A model generated the notes under the pieces. That model was not told the origin of the DNA and did no database searches. It saw nothing but the letters and a program-made list of their open reading frames with translations. A DNA stretch of 64,000 nt, from assembly GCA_964016885.1 (NCBI GenBank), contig OZ024740.1, positions 433,690,001 through 433,754,000 on the forward strand, read 5' to 3'. Position 1 is the first letter of the stretch, and the number at the start of each line of letters is the position of its first letter. Positions 28,099-42,400 of this stretch are shown here, piece by piece. The stretch is from Eledone cirrhosa (taxonomy: Eukaryota). The translations under genes were made by a program, and so were the position numbers.

Positions 28099-31000
28099 GT
28101 CAGTTGACCACCAAGTGTGTCAGTTGACCACCAAGTGTGGCATTTGACCACCTAGTGTGTCAGTTGAACACCTAGTGTGTCAGTTGAACACCTAGTGTCA
28201 GTTGAACACCTAGTGTGTCAGTTGACCACCTAGTGTTTCAGTTGACCACCTAGTGTGTCAGTTGACCACATAGTGTGAGTTGACCACCTAGTGTGTCGGT
28301 TGACCACCAAGTGTGTCAGTTGACCACCTAGTGTGTCAGGTGAACACCTAGTGTGTCAGTTGAACACCTAGTGTGTCAGTTGAACACCTAGTGTGTCAGT
28401 TGACCACCTAGTGTGTCAGTTGAACACCTGGTGTGTCAGTTGACCACCAAGTGTGTCAGTTGACCACCAAGTGTGTCAGTTGACCAACTAGTGTGTCAGT
28501 TGAACACCTAGTGTGTCAGTTGAACACCTAGTGTCAGTTGAACACCTAGTGTGTCAGTTGAACACCTAGTGTCAGTTGACCAGCTAGTGTCAGTTGACCA
28601 CCTAGTGTGTCAGTTGACCACCTAGTGTGTCAGTTGACCACCTACTGTGTCAGTTGACCACCTAGTGTGTCAGTTGACCACCTAGTGTGTCAGTTGACCA
28701 CCTAGTGTCAGTTGACCACCTTGTGTGTCAGTTGACCACCAAGTGTGTCAGTTGACCACTTAGTGTCAGTTGACCACCTAGTGTGTCAGTTGAACACCTA
28801 GTGTGTCAGTTGAACACCTAGTGTGTCAGTTGAACACCTAGTGTATCAGTTGACCACCTTGTGTGTCAGTTGAAGCTCTAGTGTGTCAATTGACCACCTA
28901 GTGTGTCAGTTGAACACCTAGTGTTTCAGCTGACCAACTAGTGTGTCAGTTGACCACCTAGTGTGTCAGTTGACCACCTAGTGTGTCAGTTGAACATCAA
29001 GTGTGTCAGTTAACCACCTAGTGTGTCAGTTGACCACCTAGTGTCAGTTGACCACCTAGTGTGTCAGTTGCCCACCTAGTGTGTCAATTGACCACCTAGT
29101 GTGTCAGTTGACCACCTAGTGTGTCAGTTGACCACCTAGTGTGTCAGTTGACCACCTAGTGTGTCAGTTGACCACGAAGTGTATCAGTTGACCACCTAGT
29201 GTCAGTTGACCACCTAGTGTGTCAGTTGACCACCTAGTGTGTCAGTTGATCATCAAGTGTGTCAGTTGACCACCTAGTGTGTCATTTGACCACCTAGTGT
29301 GTCAGTTGATCTCCAAGTGTGTCAGTTGACCACCAAGTGTATCAGTTGAACACCTAGTGTGTCAGTTGAACACCAAGTGTCAGTTGAACACCTAGTGTGT
29401 AAGTTGAACACCTAGTGTGTCAGTTGACCACCTAGTGTGTCAGTTGACCACCTAGTGTGTCAGTTGAACACCAAGTGTGTCAGTTGACCACCTAGTGTGT
29501 CAGTTGTACACCAAGTGTGGCAGTTGACCACCTAGTGTGTCAGCTGACAACCTAGTGTGTCAGTTGAACACCTAGTGTGTCAGTTGACCACCAAGTGTGT
29601 CAGTTGAACACCTAGTGTGTCAGTTGAACACCAAGTGTGTCAGTTGACCACCTAGTGTGTCAGTTGAACACCTAGTGTGTGAGTTGACCACGTAGTGTGT
29701 CAGTTGAACACCTAGTGTGTCAGTTGAACACCTAGTGTGTCAGTTGACCACCTAGTGTATCAGTTGATCATCAAGTGTGTTAGTTGACCACCTAGTGTGT
29801 CAGTTGACCACCTAGTGTGTCAGTTGACCACCAAGTGTGTCAGTTGAAAACCAAGTGTGTCAGTTGACCACCTACTGTGTCAGTTGACCACCAAGTGTGC
29901 CAGTTGAACACCTAGTGTGTCAGTTGACAACCTAGTGTGTCAGTTGAACACCTAGTGTGTCAGTTGACCACCAAGTGTGTCAGTTGACCACCTAGTGTGT
30001 CAGTTGATCATCAAGTGTGTTAGTTGACCACCTAGTGTGTTAGTTGACCACCTAGTGTGTAAGTTGACCACCAAGTGTGTCAGTTGAAAACCAAGTGTGT
30101 CAGTTGACCACCTAGTGTGTCAGTTGACCACCAAATGTGTCAGTTGACCACCTAGTGTGTCAGTTGACCACCTAGTGTGTCAGTTGACCACCAAGTGTGT
30201 CAGTTGACCACCTAGTGTGTCAGTTGACCACCTAGTGTGTTAGTTGACCACCTAGTGTGTCAGTTGACCACCTAGTGTGTCAGTTGACCACCTAGTGTCA
30301 GTTGACCACCTAATGTGTCAGTTGACCACCTAGTGTGTCAGTTGAACACCTAGTGTATCAGTTGACCACCTAGTGTGTCAGTTGAACACCTAGTGTGTCA
30401 GTTGACCACCATGTGTGTGTCAGTTGACCACCTAGTGTGTCAGTTGACCACCTAGTGTCAGTTGAACACCTAGTGTGTCAGTTGAACACCTTGTGTGTCA
30501 GTTGAACACCTAGTGTGTCAGTTGACCTCCTAATGTGTCAGTTGAACACCTAGTGTGTCAGTTGACCACCTAGTGTGTCAGTTGACCACCTAGTGTGTCA
30601 GTTGACCACCTAGTGTGTCAGTGGACCACCAAGTGTGTCAGTTGACCACCTAGTGTGTCAGTTGACCACCAAGTGTGTCAGTTGAACACCTAGTGTGTCA
30701 GTTGAACACCTAGTGTGTCAGTTGACCACCTAGTGTGTCAGTTGAACACCTAGTGTGTCAGTTGAACACCTAGTGTGTCAGTTGAACACCTAGCGTGTCA
30801 GTTGACCACCAAGTATGTCAGTTGACCACCTAGTGTGTCAGTTAACCACCTAGTGTGTCAGTTGAACACCTAGTGTGTCAGTTGACCACCAAGTGTGTCA
30901 GTTGACCACCAAGTGTGTCAGTTGAACACCTAGTGTGTCAGTTGACCACCTAGTTTTGTCAGTTGACCACCTAGTGTGTCAGTTGACCACCTAGTGTCAG

Positions 31001-31150
31001 TTGACCACCTAGTGTGTCAGTTGACCACCAAGTGTGTCAGTTGAACACCTAGTGTGTCAGTTGAACACCTAGTGTGTCAGTTGAACACCTAGCGTGTCAG
31101 TTGACCACCAAGTGTGTCAGTTGACCACCTAGTGTGTCAGTTGACCACCT
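24900..31150 (+). repeat. Tandem block duplication, period 3156 bp, slightly more diverged
   Basis: Offset 3156 for GTGTGGCATT (24979/28135), GAAGCTC (25716/28872) and GTACACC (26350/29506). The second copy carries several private substitutions. Confidence 0.87.
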
Positions 31151-31749
31151 AGTGTGTCAGTTGACCACCTAGTGTGTCAGTTGAACACCTAGTGTGTCAG
31201 TTGACCACCAAGTGTGTCAGTTGACCACCAAGTGTGTCAGTTGACCACCTAGTGTGTCAGTTGAACACCTAGTGTGTCAGTTGAACACCTAGTGTCAGTT
31301 GAACACCTAGTGTGTCAGTTGACCACCTAGTGTGTCAGTTGACCACATAGTGTCAGTTGACCACCTAGTGTGTCAGTTGCCCACCAAGTGTGTCAGTTGA
31401 CCACCTAGTGTCAGTTGACCACCTAGTGTGTCAGTTGAACACCTAGTGTGTCAGTTGAACACCTAGTGTGTCAGTTGAACACCTAGTGTGTCAGTTGACC
31501 ACCTAGTGTGTCAGTTGAACACCTGGTGTGTCAGTTGACCACCAAGTGTGTCAGTTGACCACCAAGTGTGTCAGTTGACCACCTAGTGTGTCAGTTGAAC
31601 ACCTAGTGTCAGTTGAACACCTAGTGTGTCAGTTGAACACCTAGTGTCAGTTGAGCACCTAGTGTCAGTTGACCACCTAGTGTGTCAGTTGACCACCTAG
31701 TGTGTCAGTTGACCACCTACTGTGTCAGTTGACCACCTAGTGTGTCAGT

Positions 31750-34700
31750 TGACCACCTAGTGTGTCAGTTTACCACCTAGTGTCAGTTGACCACCTAGTG
31801 TGTCAGTTGACCACCAAGTGTGTCAGTTGACCACTTAGTGTCAGTTGACCACCTAGTGTGTCAGTTGAACACCTAGTGTGTCAGTTGAACACCTAGTGTG
31901 TCAGTTGAACACCTAGTGTATCAGTTGACCACCTAGTGTGTCAGTTGAACCTCTAGTGTGTCAATTGACCACCTAGTGTGTCAGTTGAACACCTAGTGTT
32001 TCAGTTGACCAACTAGTGTGTCAGTTGACCACCTAGTGTGTCAGTTGACCACCTAGTGTATCAGTTGAACACCTAGTGTGTCAGTTGATCATCAAGTGTG
32101 TCAGTTGACCACCTAGTGTGTCAGTTGACCACCTAGTGTCAGTTGACCACCTAGTGTGTCAGTTGACCACCTAGTGTGTCAATTGACCACCTAGTGTGTC
32201 AGTTGACCACCTAGTGTGTCAGTTGACCACCTAGTGTGTCAGTTGACCACCTAGTGTGTCAGTTGACCACGAAGTGTATCAGTTGACCACCTAGTGTAAG
32301 TTGACCACCTAGTGTGTCAGTTGACCACCTAGTGTGTCAGTTGATCATCAAGTGTGTCAGTTGACCACCTAGTGTGTCAGTTGACCACCTAGTGTGTCAG
32401 TTGACCTCCAAGTGTGTCAGTTGACCACCAAATGTATCAGTTGAACACCTAGTGTGTCAGTTGAACACCTAGTGTGTCAGTTGACAACCTAGTGTGTCTG
32501 TTGACCACCTAGTGTGTCAGTTGAACACCAAGTGTGGCAGTTGACCAGCTAGTGTGTCAGTTGACAACCTAGTGTGTCAGTTGAACACCTAGTGTGTCAG
32601 TTGACCACCAAGTGTGTTAGTTGAACACCTAGTGTGTCAGTTGAACACCAAGTGTGTCAGTTGACCACCTAGTGTGTCAGTTGAACACCTAGTGTGTCAG
32701 TTGACCACCAAGTGTGTCAGTTGAAAACCAAGTGTGTCAGTTGACCACCTAGTGTGTCAGTTGACCACCAACTGTGTCAGTTGACCACCTAGTGTGTCAG
32801 TTGACAACCTAGTGTGTCAGTTGAACACCTCGTGTGTCAGTTGACCACCAAGTGTGTCAGTTGACCACCTAGTGTGTCAGTTGATCATCAAGTGTGTTAG
32901 TTGACCACCTAGTGTGTTAGTTGACCACCTAGTGTGTCAGTTGACCACCAAGTGTGTCAGTTGACAACCAAGTGTGTCAGTTGACCACCTAGTGTGTCAG
33001 TTGACCACCAAATGTGTCAGTTGACCACCTAGTGTGTCAGTTGACCAACAAGTGTGTCAGTTGACCACCTAGTGTGTTACTTGACCACCTAGTGTGTCAG
33101 TTGACCACCTAGTGTGTCAGTTGTCCACCTAGTGTGTCAGTTGACCACCTAGTGTCAGTTGACCACCTAGTGTGTCAGTTGACCACCTAGTGTGTCAGTT
33201 GACCACCTAGTGTGTCAGTTGACCACCTAGTGTGTCAATTGACCACCTAGTGTGTCAGTTGACCACCTAGTGCGTCAGTTGACCACCAAGTGTGTCAGTT
33301 GACAACTAGTGTGTCAGTTGACCACCTAGTGTGTCAGTTGACCACCTAGTGTGTCAGTTGTCCACCTAGTGTGTCAGTTGACCACCTAGTGTCAGTTGAC
33401 CACCTAGCGTGTCAGTTGACCACCTAGTGTGTCAGTTGACAACCTAGTGTGTTAGTTGACCACCTAATGTGTCAGTTGACCACCTAGTGTGTTAGTTGAC
33501 CACCTAGTGTGTCAGTTGACCACCTAGTGTGTCAGTTGACAACCTAGTGTGTTAGTTGACAACCTAGTGTCAGTTGACCACCTATTGTTTCAGTTGACCA
33601 TCTAGTGTGTCAGTTGACCACCAAGTGTGTCAGTTGACCACCTAGTGTGTCGGTTAACCACCTAGTGTGTCAGTTGACCACCTAGTGTGTCAGTTGACAA
33701 CCTAGTGTGTCAGTTGACAACCTAGTGTGTCAGTTGACCACCTAGTGTGTCAGTTGACCACCTAGTGTGTCAGTTGACCACCAAGTGTGTCAGTTGACAA
33801 CTAGTGTGTCAGTTGACCACCTAGTGTGTCAGTGTTGACCACCAAGTGTGTCAGTTGACCACCTAGTGTGTCAGTTGACAACCTAGTGTGTTAGTTGACC
33901 ACCTAGTGTGTCAGTTGACCACCTAGTGTGTCAGTTGACCACCAAGTGTGTCAGTTGACCACCTAGTGTGTCACTTGACCACCTAGTGTCAGTTGACCAC
34001 CTAGTGTGTCAGTTGACCACCTAGTGTGTCAGTTGACAACCTAATGTGTCAGTTGACCACCTAGTGTGTCAGTTGACAACCTAGTGTGTCAGGTGACCAC
34101 CTAGTGTGTCAGTTGACCACCTAGTGTGTCAGTTTACCACCTAGTGCGTCAATTGACCACCTAGTGTGTCAGTTGAACACCTAGTGTGTCAGTTGACCAC
34201 CTAGTGTGTCAGTTGACCACCTAGTGTGTCAGTTGACAACCTAGTGTGTCAGTTGACAACCTAGTGTGTCAGTTGACCACCTAGTGTGTCAGTTGACCAC
34301 CAAGTGTGTCAGTGTTGACCACCAAGTGTGTCAGTTGACCACCTAGTGTGTCAGTTGACAACCTAGTGCGTTAGTTGACCACCTAGTGTGTCAGTTGACC
34401 ACCTAGTGTGTCAGTTGACCACCTAGTGTCAGTTGACCACCAATTGTGTCAGTTGACCACCAAGTGTGTCAGTTGACCACCTAGTGTGTCAGTTTACCAC
34501 CTAGTGTCAGTTGACCACCTAGTGTGTCAGTTGACCACCAAGTGTGTCAGTTGACCACTTAGTGTCAGTTGACCACCTAGTGTGTCAGTTGAACACCTAG
34601 TGTGTCAGTTGAACACCTAGTGTGTCACTTGAACACCTAGTGTATCAGTTGACCACCTAGTGTGTCAGTTGAACCTCTAGTGTGTCAATTGACCACCTAG

Positions 34701-37260
34701 TGTGTCAGTTGAACACCTAGTGTTTCAGTTGACCAACTAGTGTGTCAGTTGACCACCTAGTGTGTCAGTTGACCACCTAGTGTATCAGTTGAACACCTAG
34801 TGTGTCAGTTGATCATCAAGTGTGTCAGTTGACCACCTAGTGTGTCAGTTGACCACCTAGTGTCAGTTGACCACCTAGTGTGTCAGTTGACCACCTAGTG
34901 TGTCAATTGACCACCTAGTGTGTCAGTTGACCACCTAGTGTGTCAGTTGACCACCTAGTGTGTCAGTTGACCACCTAGTGTGTCAGTTGACCACGAAGTG
35001 TATCAGTTGACCACCTAGTGTCAGTTGACCACCTAGTGTGTCAGTTGACCACCTAGTGTGTCAGTTGATCATCAAGTGTGTCAGTTGACCACCTAGTGTG
35101 TCAGTTGACCACCTAGTGTGTCAGTTGACCTCCAAGTGTGTCAGTTGACCACCAAATGTATCAGTTGAACACCTAGTGTGTCAGTTGAACACCTAGTGTG
35201 TCAGTTGACAACCTAGTGTGTCTGTTGACCACCTAGTGTGTCAGTTGAACACCAAGTGTGGCAGTTGACCAGCTAGTGTGTCAGTTGACAACCTAGTGTG
35301 TCAGTTGAACACCTAGTGTGTCAGTTGACCACCAAGTGTGTCAGTTGAACACCTAGTGTGTCAGTTGAACACCAAGTGTGTCAGTTGACCACCTAGTGTG
35401 TCAGTTGAACACCTAGTGTGTCAGTTGACCACCTAGTGTGTCAGTTGAACACCTAGTGTGTCAGTTGAACACCTAGTGTGTCAGTTGACCACCTAGTGTA
35501 TCAGTTGATCATCAAGTGTGTTAGTTGACCACCTAGTGTGTCAGTTGACCACCTAGTGTGTCAGTTGACCACCAAGTGTGTCAGTTGAAAACCAAGTGTG
35601 TCAGTTGACCACCTAGTGTGTCAGTTGACCACCAACTGTGTCAGTTGACCACCTAGTGTGTCAGTTGACAACCTAGTGTGTCAGTTGAACACCTCGTGTG
35701 TCAGTTGACCACCAAGTGTGTCAGTTGACCACCTAGTGTGTCAGTTGATCATCAAGTGTGTTAGTTGACCACCTAGTGTGTTAGTTGACCACCTAGTGTG
35801 TCAGTTGACCACCAAGTGTGTCAGTTGACAACCAAGTGTGTCAGTTGACCACCTAGTGTGTCAGTTGACCACCAAATGTGTCAGTTGACCACCTAGTGTG
35901 TCAGTTGACCAACAAGTGTGTCAGTTGACCACCTAGTGTGTTACTTGACCACCTAGTGTGTCAGTTGACCACCTAGTGTGTCAGTTGTCCACCTAGTGTG
36001 TCAGTTGACCACCTAGTGTCAGTTGACCACCTAGTGTGTCAGTTGACCACCTAGTGTGTCAGTTGACCACCTAGTGTGTCAGTTGACCACCTAGTGTGTC
36101 AATTGACCACCTAGTGTGTCAGTTGACCACCTAGTGCGTCAGTTGACCACCAAGTGTGTCAGTTGACAACTAGTGTGTCAGTTGACCACCTAGCGTGTCA
36201 GTTGACCACCTAGTGTGTCAGTTGACAACCTAGTGTGTTAGTTGACCACCTAATGTGTCAGTTGACCACCTAGTGTGTTAGTTGACCACCTAGTGTGTCA
36301 GTTGACCACCTAGTGTGTCAGTTGACAACCTAGTGTGTCAGTTGACAACCTAGTGTCAGTTGACCACCTATTGTTTCAGTTGACCACCTAGTGTGTCAGT
36401 TGACCACCAAGTGTGTCAGTTGACCACCTAGTGTGTCAGTTGACCACCTAGTGTGTCAGTTGACCACCTAGTGTGTCAGTTGACAACCTAGTGTGTCAGT
36501 TGACAACCTAGTGTGTCAGTTGACCACCTAGTGTGTCAGTTGACCACCTAGTGTGTCAGTTGACCACCAAGTGTGTCAGTTGACAACTAGTGTGTCAGTT
36601 GACCACCTAGTGTGTCAGTGTTGACCACCAAGTGTGTCAGTTGACCACCTAGTGTGTCAGTTGACAACCTAGTGTGTTAGTTGACCACCTAGTGTGTCAG
36701 TTGACCACCTAGTGTGTCAGTTGACCACCAAGTGTGTCAGTTGACCACCTAGTGTGTCACTTGACCACCTAGTGTCAGTTGACCACCTAGTGGTTCAGTT
36801 GACCACCTAGTGTGTCAGTTGACAACCTAATGTGTCAGTTGACCACCTAGTGTGTCAGTTGACAACCTAGTGTGTCAGGTGACCACCTAGTGTGTCAGTT
36901 GACCACCTAGTGTGTCAGTTTACCACCTAGTGCGTCAATTGACCACCTAGTGTGTCAGTTGAACACCTAGTGTGTCAGTTGACCACCTAGTGTGTCAGTT
37001 GACCACCTAGTGTGTCAGTTGACAACCTAGTGTGTCAGTTGACAACCTAGTGTGTCAGTTGACCACCTAGTGTGTCAGTTGACCACCAAGTGTGTCAGTG
37101 TTGACCACCAAGTGTGTCAGTTGACCACCTAGTGTGTCAGTTGACAACCTAGTGCGTTAGTTGACCACCTAGTGTGTCAGTTGACCACCTAGTGTGTCAG
37201 TTGACCACCTAGTGTCAGTTGACCACCAATTGTGTCAGTTGACCACCAAGTGTGTCAGTT
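31750..37260 (+). repeat. Tandem block duplication, period 2724 bp shifting to 2786 bp through internal indels
   Basis: Offset 2724 for GTTTACC (31771/34495), GAACCTC (31947/34671) and TCTGTTG (32497/35221). The later marker AGTGTTGACC (33831/36617) is offset by 2786. Confidence 0.85.
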
Positions 37261-39499
37261 GAACACCTAGTGTGTCAGTTGATCACCTAGTGTGTCAGTT
37301 GACGACCTAGTGTGTCAGTTGACAACCTAGTGTGTCAGTTGACAACCTAGTGTGTCAGTTGACCACCTAGTGTGTCAGTTGACCACCAAGTGTGTCAGTT
37401 GACAACTAGTGTGTCAGTTGACCACCTAGTGTGTCAGTGTTGACCACCAAGTGTGTCAGTTGACCACCTAGTGTGTCAGTTGACAACCTAGTGTGTTAGT
37501 TGACCACCTAGTGTGTCAGTTGACCACCTAGTGTGTCAGTTGACCACCAAGTGTGTCAGTTGACCACCTAGTGTGTCACTTGACCACCTAGTGTCAGTTG
37601 ACCACCTAGTGTGTCAGTTGACCACCTAGTGTGTCAGTTGACAACCTAATGTGTCAGTTGACCACCTAGTGTGTCAGTTGACAACCTAGTGTGTCAGTTG
37701 ACCACCTAGTGTGTCAGTTGACCACCTAGTGTGTCAGTTTACCACCTAGTGCGTCAATTGACCACCTAGTGTGTCAGTTGAACACCTAGTGTGTCAGTTG
37801 ACCACCTAGTGTGTCAGTTGACCACCTAGTGTATCAGTTGACAACCTAGTGTGTCAGTTGACAACCTAGTGTGTCAGTTGACCACCTAGTGTGTCAGTTG
37901 ACCACCAAGTGTGTCAGTGTTGACCACCAAGTGTGTCAGTTGACCACCTAGTGTGTCAGTTGACAACCTAGTGCGTTAGTTGACCACCTAGTGTGTCAGT
38001 TGACCACCTAGTGTGTCAGTTGACCACCTAGTGTGTCATTTGAACACCAATTGTGTCAGTTGACCACCAAGTGTGTCAGTTGACCACCTAGTGTGTCAGT
38101 TTACAACCTAGTGTGTCAGTTGACAACCTAGTGTGTCAGTTGACCACCTAGTGTCAGTTGACCACCTAGTGTGTCAGTTGACCACCAAGTGTGTCAGTTG
38201 ACCACCTAGTGTGTCACTTGACCACCTAGTGTCAGTTGACCACCTAGTGTGTCAGTTGACCACCTAGTGTGTCAGTTGACCACCTAGTGTCAGTTGACAA
38301 CCTAATGTGTCAGTTGACCACCTAGTGTGTCACTTGACCACCTAGTGTCAGTTGACCACCTAGTGTGTCAATTGACCACCTAGTGTGTCAGTTGATCATC
38401 AAGTGTGTCAGTTGACCACCTAGTGTGTCAGTTGACCACCTAGTGTGTCAGTTGACAACCTAGTGTGTCAGTTGACCACCTAGTGTGTCAGTTGACAACC
38501 TAGTGTGTCAGTTGACCACATAGTGCGTCAATTCACCACCTAGTGTGTCAGTTGAACACCTAGTGTCAGTTGACCACCTAGTTTGTCAGTTGACCACCTA
38601 GTGTGTCAGTTGACAACCTAGTGTGTCAGTTGACAACCTAGTGTGTCAGTTGACCACCTAGTGTGTCAGTTGACAACCTAGTGTGTCAGTTGACCACCTA
38701 GTGTCAGTTGACCACCTATTGTGTCAGTTGACCACCTAGTGTGTCAGTTGACCACCAAGTGTGTCAATTGACCACCTAGTGCGTCAATTGACCACCTAGT
38801 GTGTCGGTTGAACACCTAGTGTGTCAGTTGACCACCTAGTTTGTCAGTTGACCACCTAGTGTGTCAGTTGACAACCTAGTGTGTCAGTTGACAACCTAGT
38901 GTGTCAGTTGACCACCTTGTGTGTCAGTTGACAACCTAGTGTGTCAGTTGACCACCTAGTATCAGTTGACCACCTATTGTGTCAGTTCACCACCTAGTGT
39001 GTCAGTTGACCACCAAGTGTGTCACTTGACCACCTAGTGTCAGTTGACCACCTATTGTGTCAATTGACCACCTAGTGTGTCAGTTGATCATCAAGTGTGT
39101 CAGTTGACCACCTAGTGTGTCAGTTGACCACCTAGTGTGTCAGTTGACAACCTAGTGTGTCAGTTGACCACCTAGTGTGTCAGTTGACAACCTAGTGTGT
39201 CAGTTGACCACCTAGTGCGTCAATTGACCACCTAGTGTGTCAGTTGAACACCTAGTGTGTCAGTTGACCACCTAGTTTGTCAGTTGACCACCTAGTGTGT
39301 CAGTTGACAACCTAGTGTGTCAGTTGACAACCTAGTGTGTCAGTTGACCACCTAGTGTGTCAGTTGACCACCTAGTGTGTCAGTTGATCATCAAGTGTGT
39401 TAGTTGACCACCTAGTGTGTTAGTTGACCACCTAGTGTGTAAGTTGACCACCAAGTGTGTCAGTTGACAACCAAGTGTGTCAGTTGCCCACCTAGTGTG

Positions 39500-42400
39500 T
39501 CAGTTGACCACCAAATGTGTCAGTTGACCACCTAGTGTGTCAGTTGACCACCTAGTGTGTCAGTTGACCACCAAGTGTGTCAGTTGACCACCTAGTGTGT
39601 CAGTTGACCACCTAGTGTGTTAGTTGACCACCTAGTGTGTCAGTTGACCACCTAGTGTGTCAGTTGACCACCTAGTGTCAGTTGACCACCTAATGTGTCA
39701 GTTGACCACCTAGTGTGTCAGTTGAACACCTAGTGTATCAGTTGACCACCTAGTGTGTCAGTTGAACACCTAGTGTGTCAGTTGACCACCATGTGTGTGT
39801 CAGTTGACCACCTAGTGTGTCAGTTGACCACCTAGTGTCAGTTGAACACCTAGTGTGTCAGTTGAACACCTTGTGTGTCAGTTGAACACCTAGTGTGTCA
39901 GTTGACCTCCTAATGTGTCAGTTGAACACCTAGTGTGTCAGTTGACCACCTAGTGTGTCAGTTGACCACCTAGTGTGTCAGTTGACCACCTAGTGTGTCA
40001 GTGGACCACCAAGTGTGTCAGTTGACCACCTAGTGTGTCAGTTGACCACCAAGTGTGTCAGTTGAACACCTAGTGTGTCAGTTGAACACCTAGTGTGTCA
40101 GTTGACCACCTAGTGTGTCAGTTGAACACCTAGTGTGTCAGTTGAACACCTAGTGTGTCAGTTGAACACCTAGCGTGTCAGTTGACCACCAAGTATGTCA
40201 GTTGACCACCTAGTGTGTCAGTTAACCACCTAGTGTGTCAGTTGAACACCTAGTGTGTCAGTTGACCACCAAGTGTGTCAGTTGACCACCAAGTGTGTCA
40301 GTTGAACACCTAGTGTGTCAGTTGACCACCTAGTGTGTCAGTTGACCACCTAGTGTGTCAGTTGACCACCTAGTGTCAGTTGACCACCTAGTGTGTCAGT
40401 TGACCACCAAGTGTGTCAGTTGAACACCTAGTGTGTCAGTTGAACACCTAGTGTGTCAGTTGAACACCTAGCGTGTCAGTTGACCACCAAGTGTGTCAGT
40501 TGACCACCTAGTGTGTCAGTTGACCACCTAGTGTGTCAGTTGACCACCTAGTGTGTCAGTTGAACACCTAGTGTGTCAGTTGACCACCAAGTGTGTCAGT
40601 TGACCACCAAGTGTGTCAGTTGACCACCTAGTGTGTCAGTTGAACACCTAGTGTGTCAGTTGAACACCTAGTGTCAGTTGAACACCTAGTGTGTCAGTTG
40701 ACCACCTAGTGTGTCAGTTGACCACATAGTGTCAGTTGACCACCTAGTGTGTCAGTTGCCCACCAAGTGTGTCAGTTGACCACCTAGTGTCAGTTGACCA
40801 CCTAGTGTGTCAGTTGAACACCTAGTGTGTCAGTTGAACACCTAGTGTCAGTTGACCACCTAGTGTGTCAGTTGACCACCAAGTGTGTCAGTTGACCACC
40901 TAGTGTGTCACTTGACCACCTAGTGTCAGTTGACCACCTAGTGTGTCAGTTGACCACCTAGTGTGTCAGTTGACCACCTAGTGTCAGTTGACAACCTAAT
41001 GTGTCAGTTGACCACCTAGTGTGTCACTTGACCACCTAGTGTCAGTTGACCACCTAGTGTGTCAATTGACCACCTAGTGTGTCAGTTGATCATCAAGTGT
41101 GTCAGTTGACCACCTAGTGTGTCAGTTGACCACCTAGTGTGTCAGTTGACAACCTAGTGTGTCAGTTGACCACCTAGTGTGTCAGTTGACAACCTAGTGT
41201 GTCAGTTGACCACATAGTGCGTCAATTCACCACCTAGTGTGTCAGTTGAACACCTAGTGTCAGTTGACCACCTAGTTTGTCAGTTGACCACCTAGTGTGT
41301 CAGTTGACAACCTAGTGTGTCAGTTGACAACCTAGTGTGTCAGTTGACCACCTAGTGTGTCAGTTGACAACCTAGTGTGTCAGTTGACCACCTAGTGTCA
41401 GTTGACCACCTATTGTGTCAGTTGACCACCTAGTGTGTCAGTTGACCACCAAGTGTGTCAGTTGACCACCTAGTGTGTCAGTTGACAACCTAGTGTGTCA
41501 GTTGACAACCTAGTGTGTCAGTTGACCACCTTGTGTGTCAGTTGACAACCTAGTGTGTCAGTTGACCACCTAGTATCAGTTGACCACCTATTGTGTCAGT
41601 TCACCACCTAGTGTGTCAGTTGACCACCAAGTGTGTCACTTGACCACCTAGTGTCAGTTGACCACCTATTGTGTCAATTGACCACCTAGTGTGTCAGTTG
41701 ATCATCAAGTGTGTCAGTTGACCACCTAGTGTGTCAGTTGACCACCTAGTGTGTCAGTTGACAACCTAGTGTGTCAGTTGACCACCTAGTGTGTCAGTTG
41801 ACAACCTAGTGTGTCAGTTGACCACCTAGTGCGTCAATTGACCACCTAGTGTGTCAGTTGAACACCTAGTGTGTCAGTTGACCACCTAGTTTGTCAGTTG
41901 ACCACCTAGTGTGTCAGTTGACAACCTAGTGTGTCAGTTGACAACCTAGTGTGTCAGTTGACCACCTAGTGTGTCAGTTGATCATCAAGTGTGTTAGTTG
42001 ACCACCTAGTGTGTTAGTTGACCACCTAGTGTGTAAGTTGACCACCAAGTGTGTCAGTTGACAACCAAGTGTGTCAGTTGACCACCTAGTGTGTCAGTTG
42101 ACCACCAAATGTGTCAGTTGACCACCTAGTGTGTCAGTTGACCACCTAGTGTGTCAGTTGACCACCAAGTGTGTCAGTTGACCACCTAGTGTGTCAGTTG
42201 ACCACCTAGTGTGTTAGTTGACCACCTAGTGTGTCAGTTGACCACCTAGTGTGTCAGTTGACCACCTAGTGTCAGTTGACCACCTAATGTGTCAGTTGAC
42301 CATCTAGTGTGTCAGTTGAACACCTAGTGTATCAGTTGACCACCTAGTGTGTCAGTTGAACACCTAGTGTGTCAGTTGACCACCATGTGTGTGTCAGTTG

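Noticed and set aside
30950-30960. Unique TAGTTTTGTC 21-bp unit as a meaningful landmark
   Set aside because: It is a singleton absent from the sister copies near 40330 and 46340, so it is most simply a private mutation or homopolymer consensus error.
10400-31150. A single fixed-length HOR
   Set aside because: Spacings between equivalent markers vary (6224, 2954, 2330, 2954, 3156), so breakpoints differ between events.
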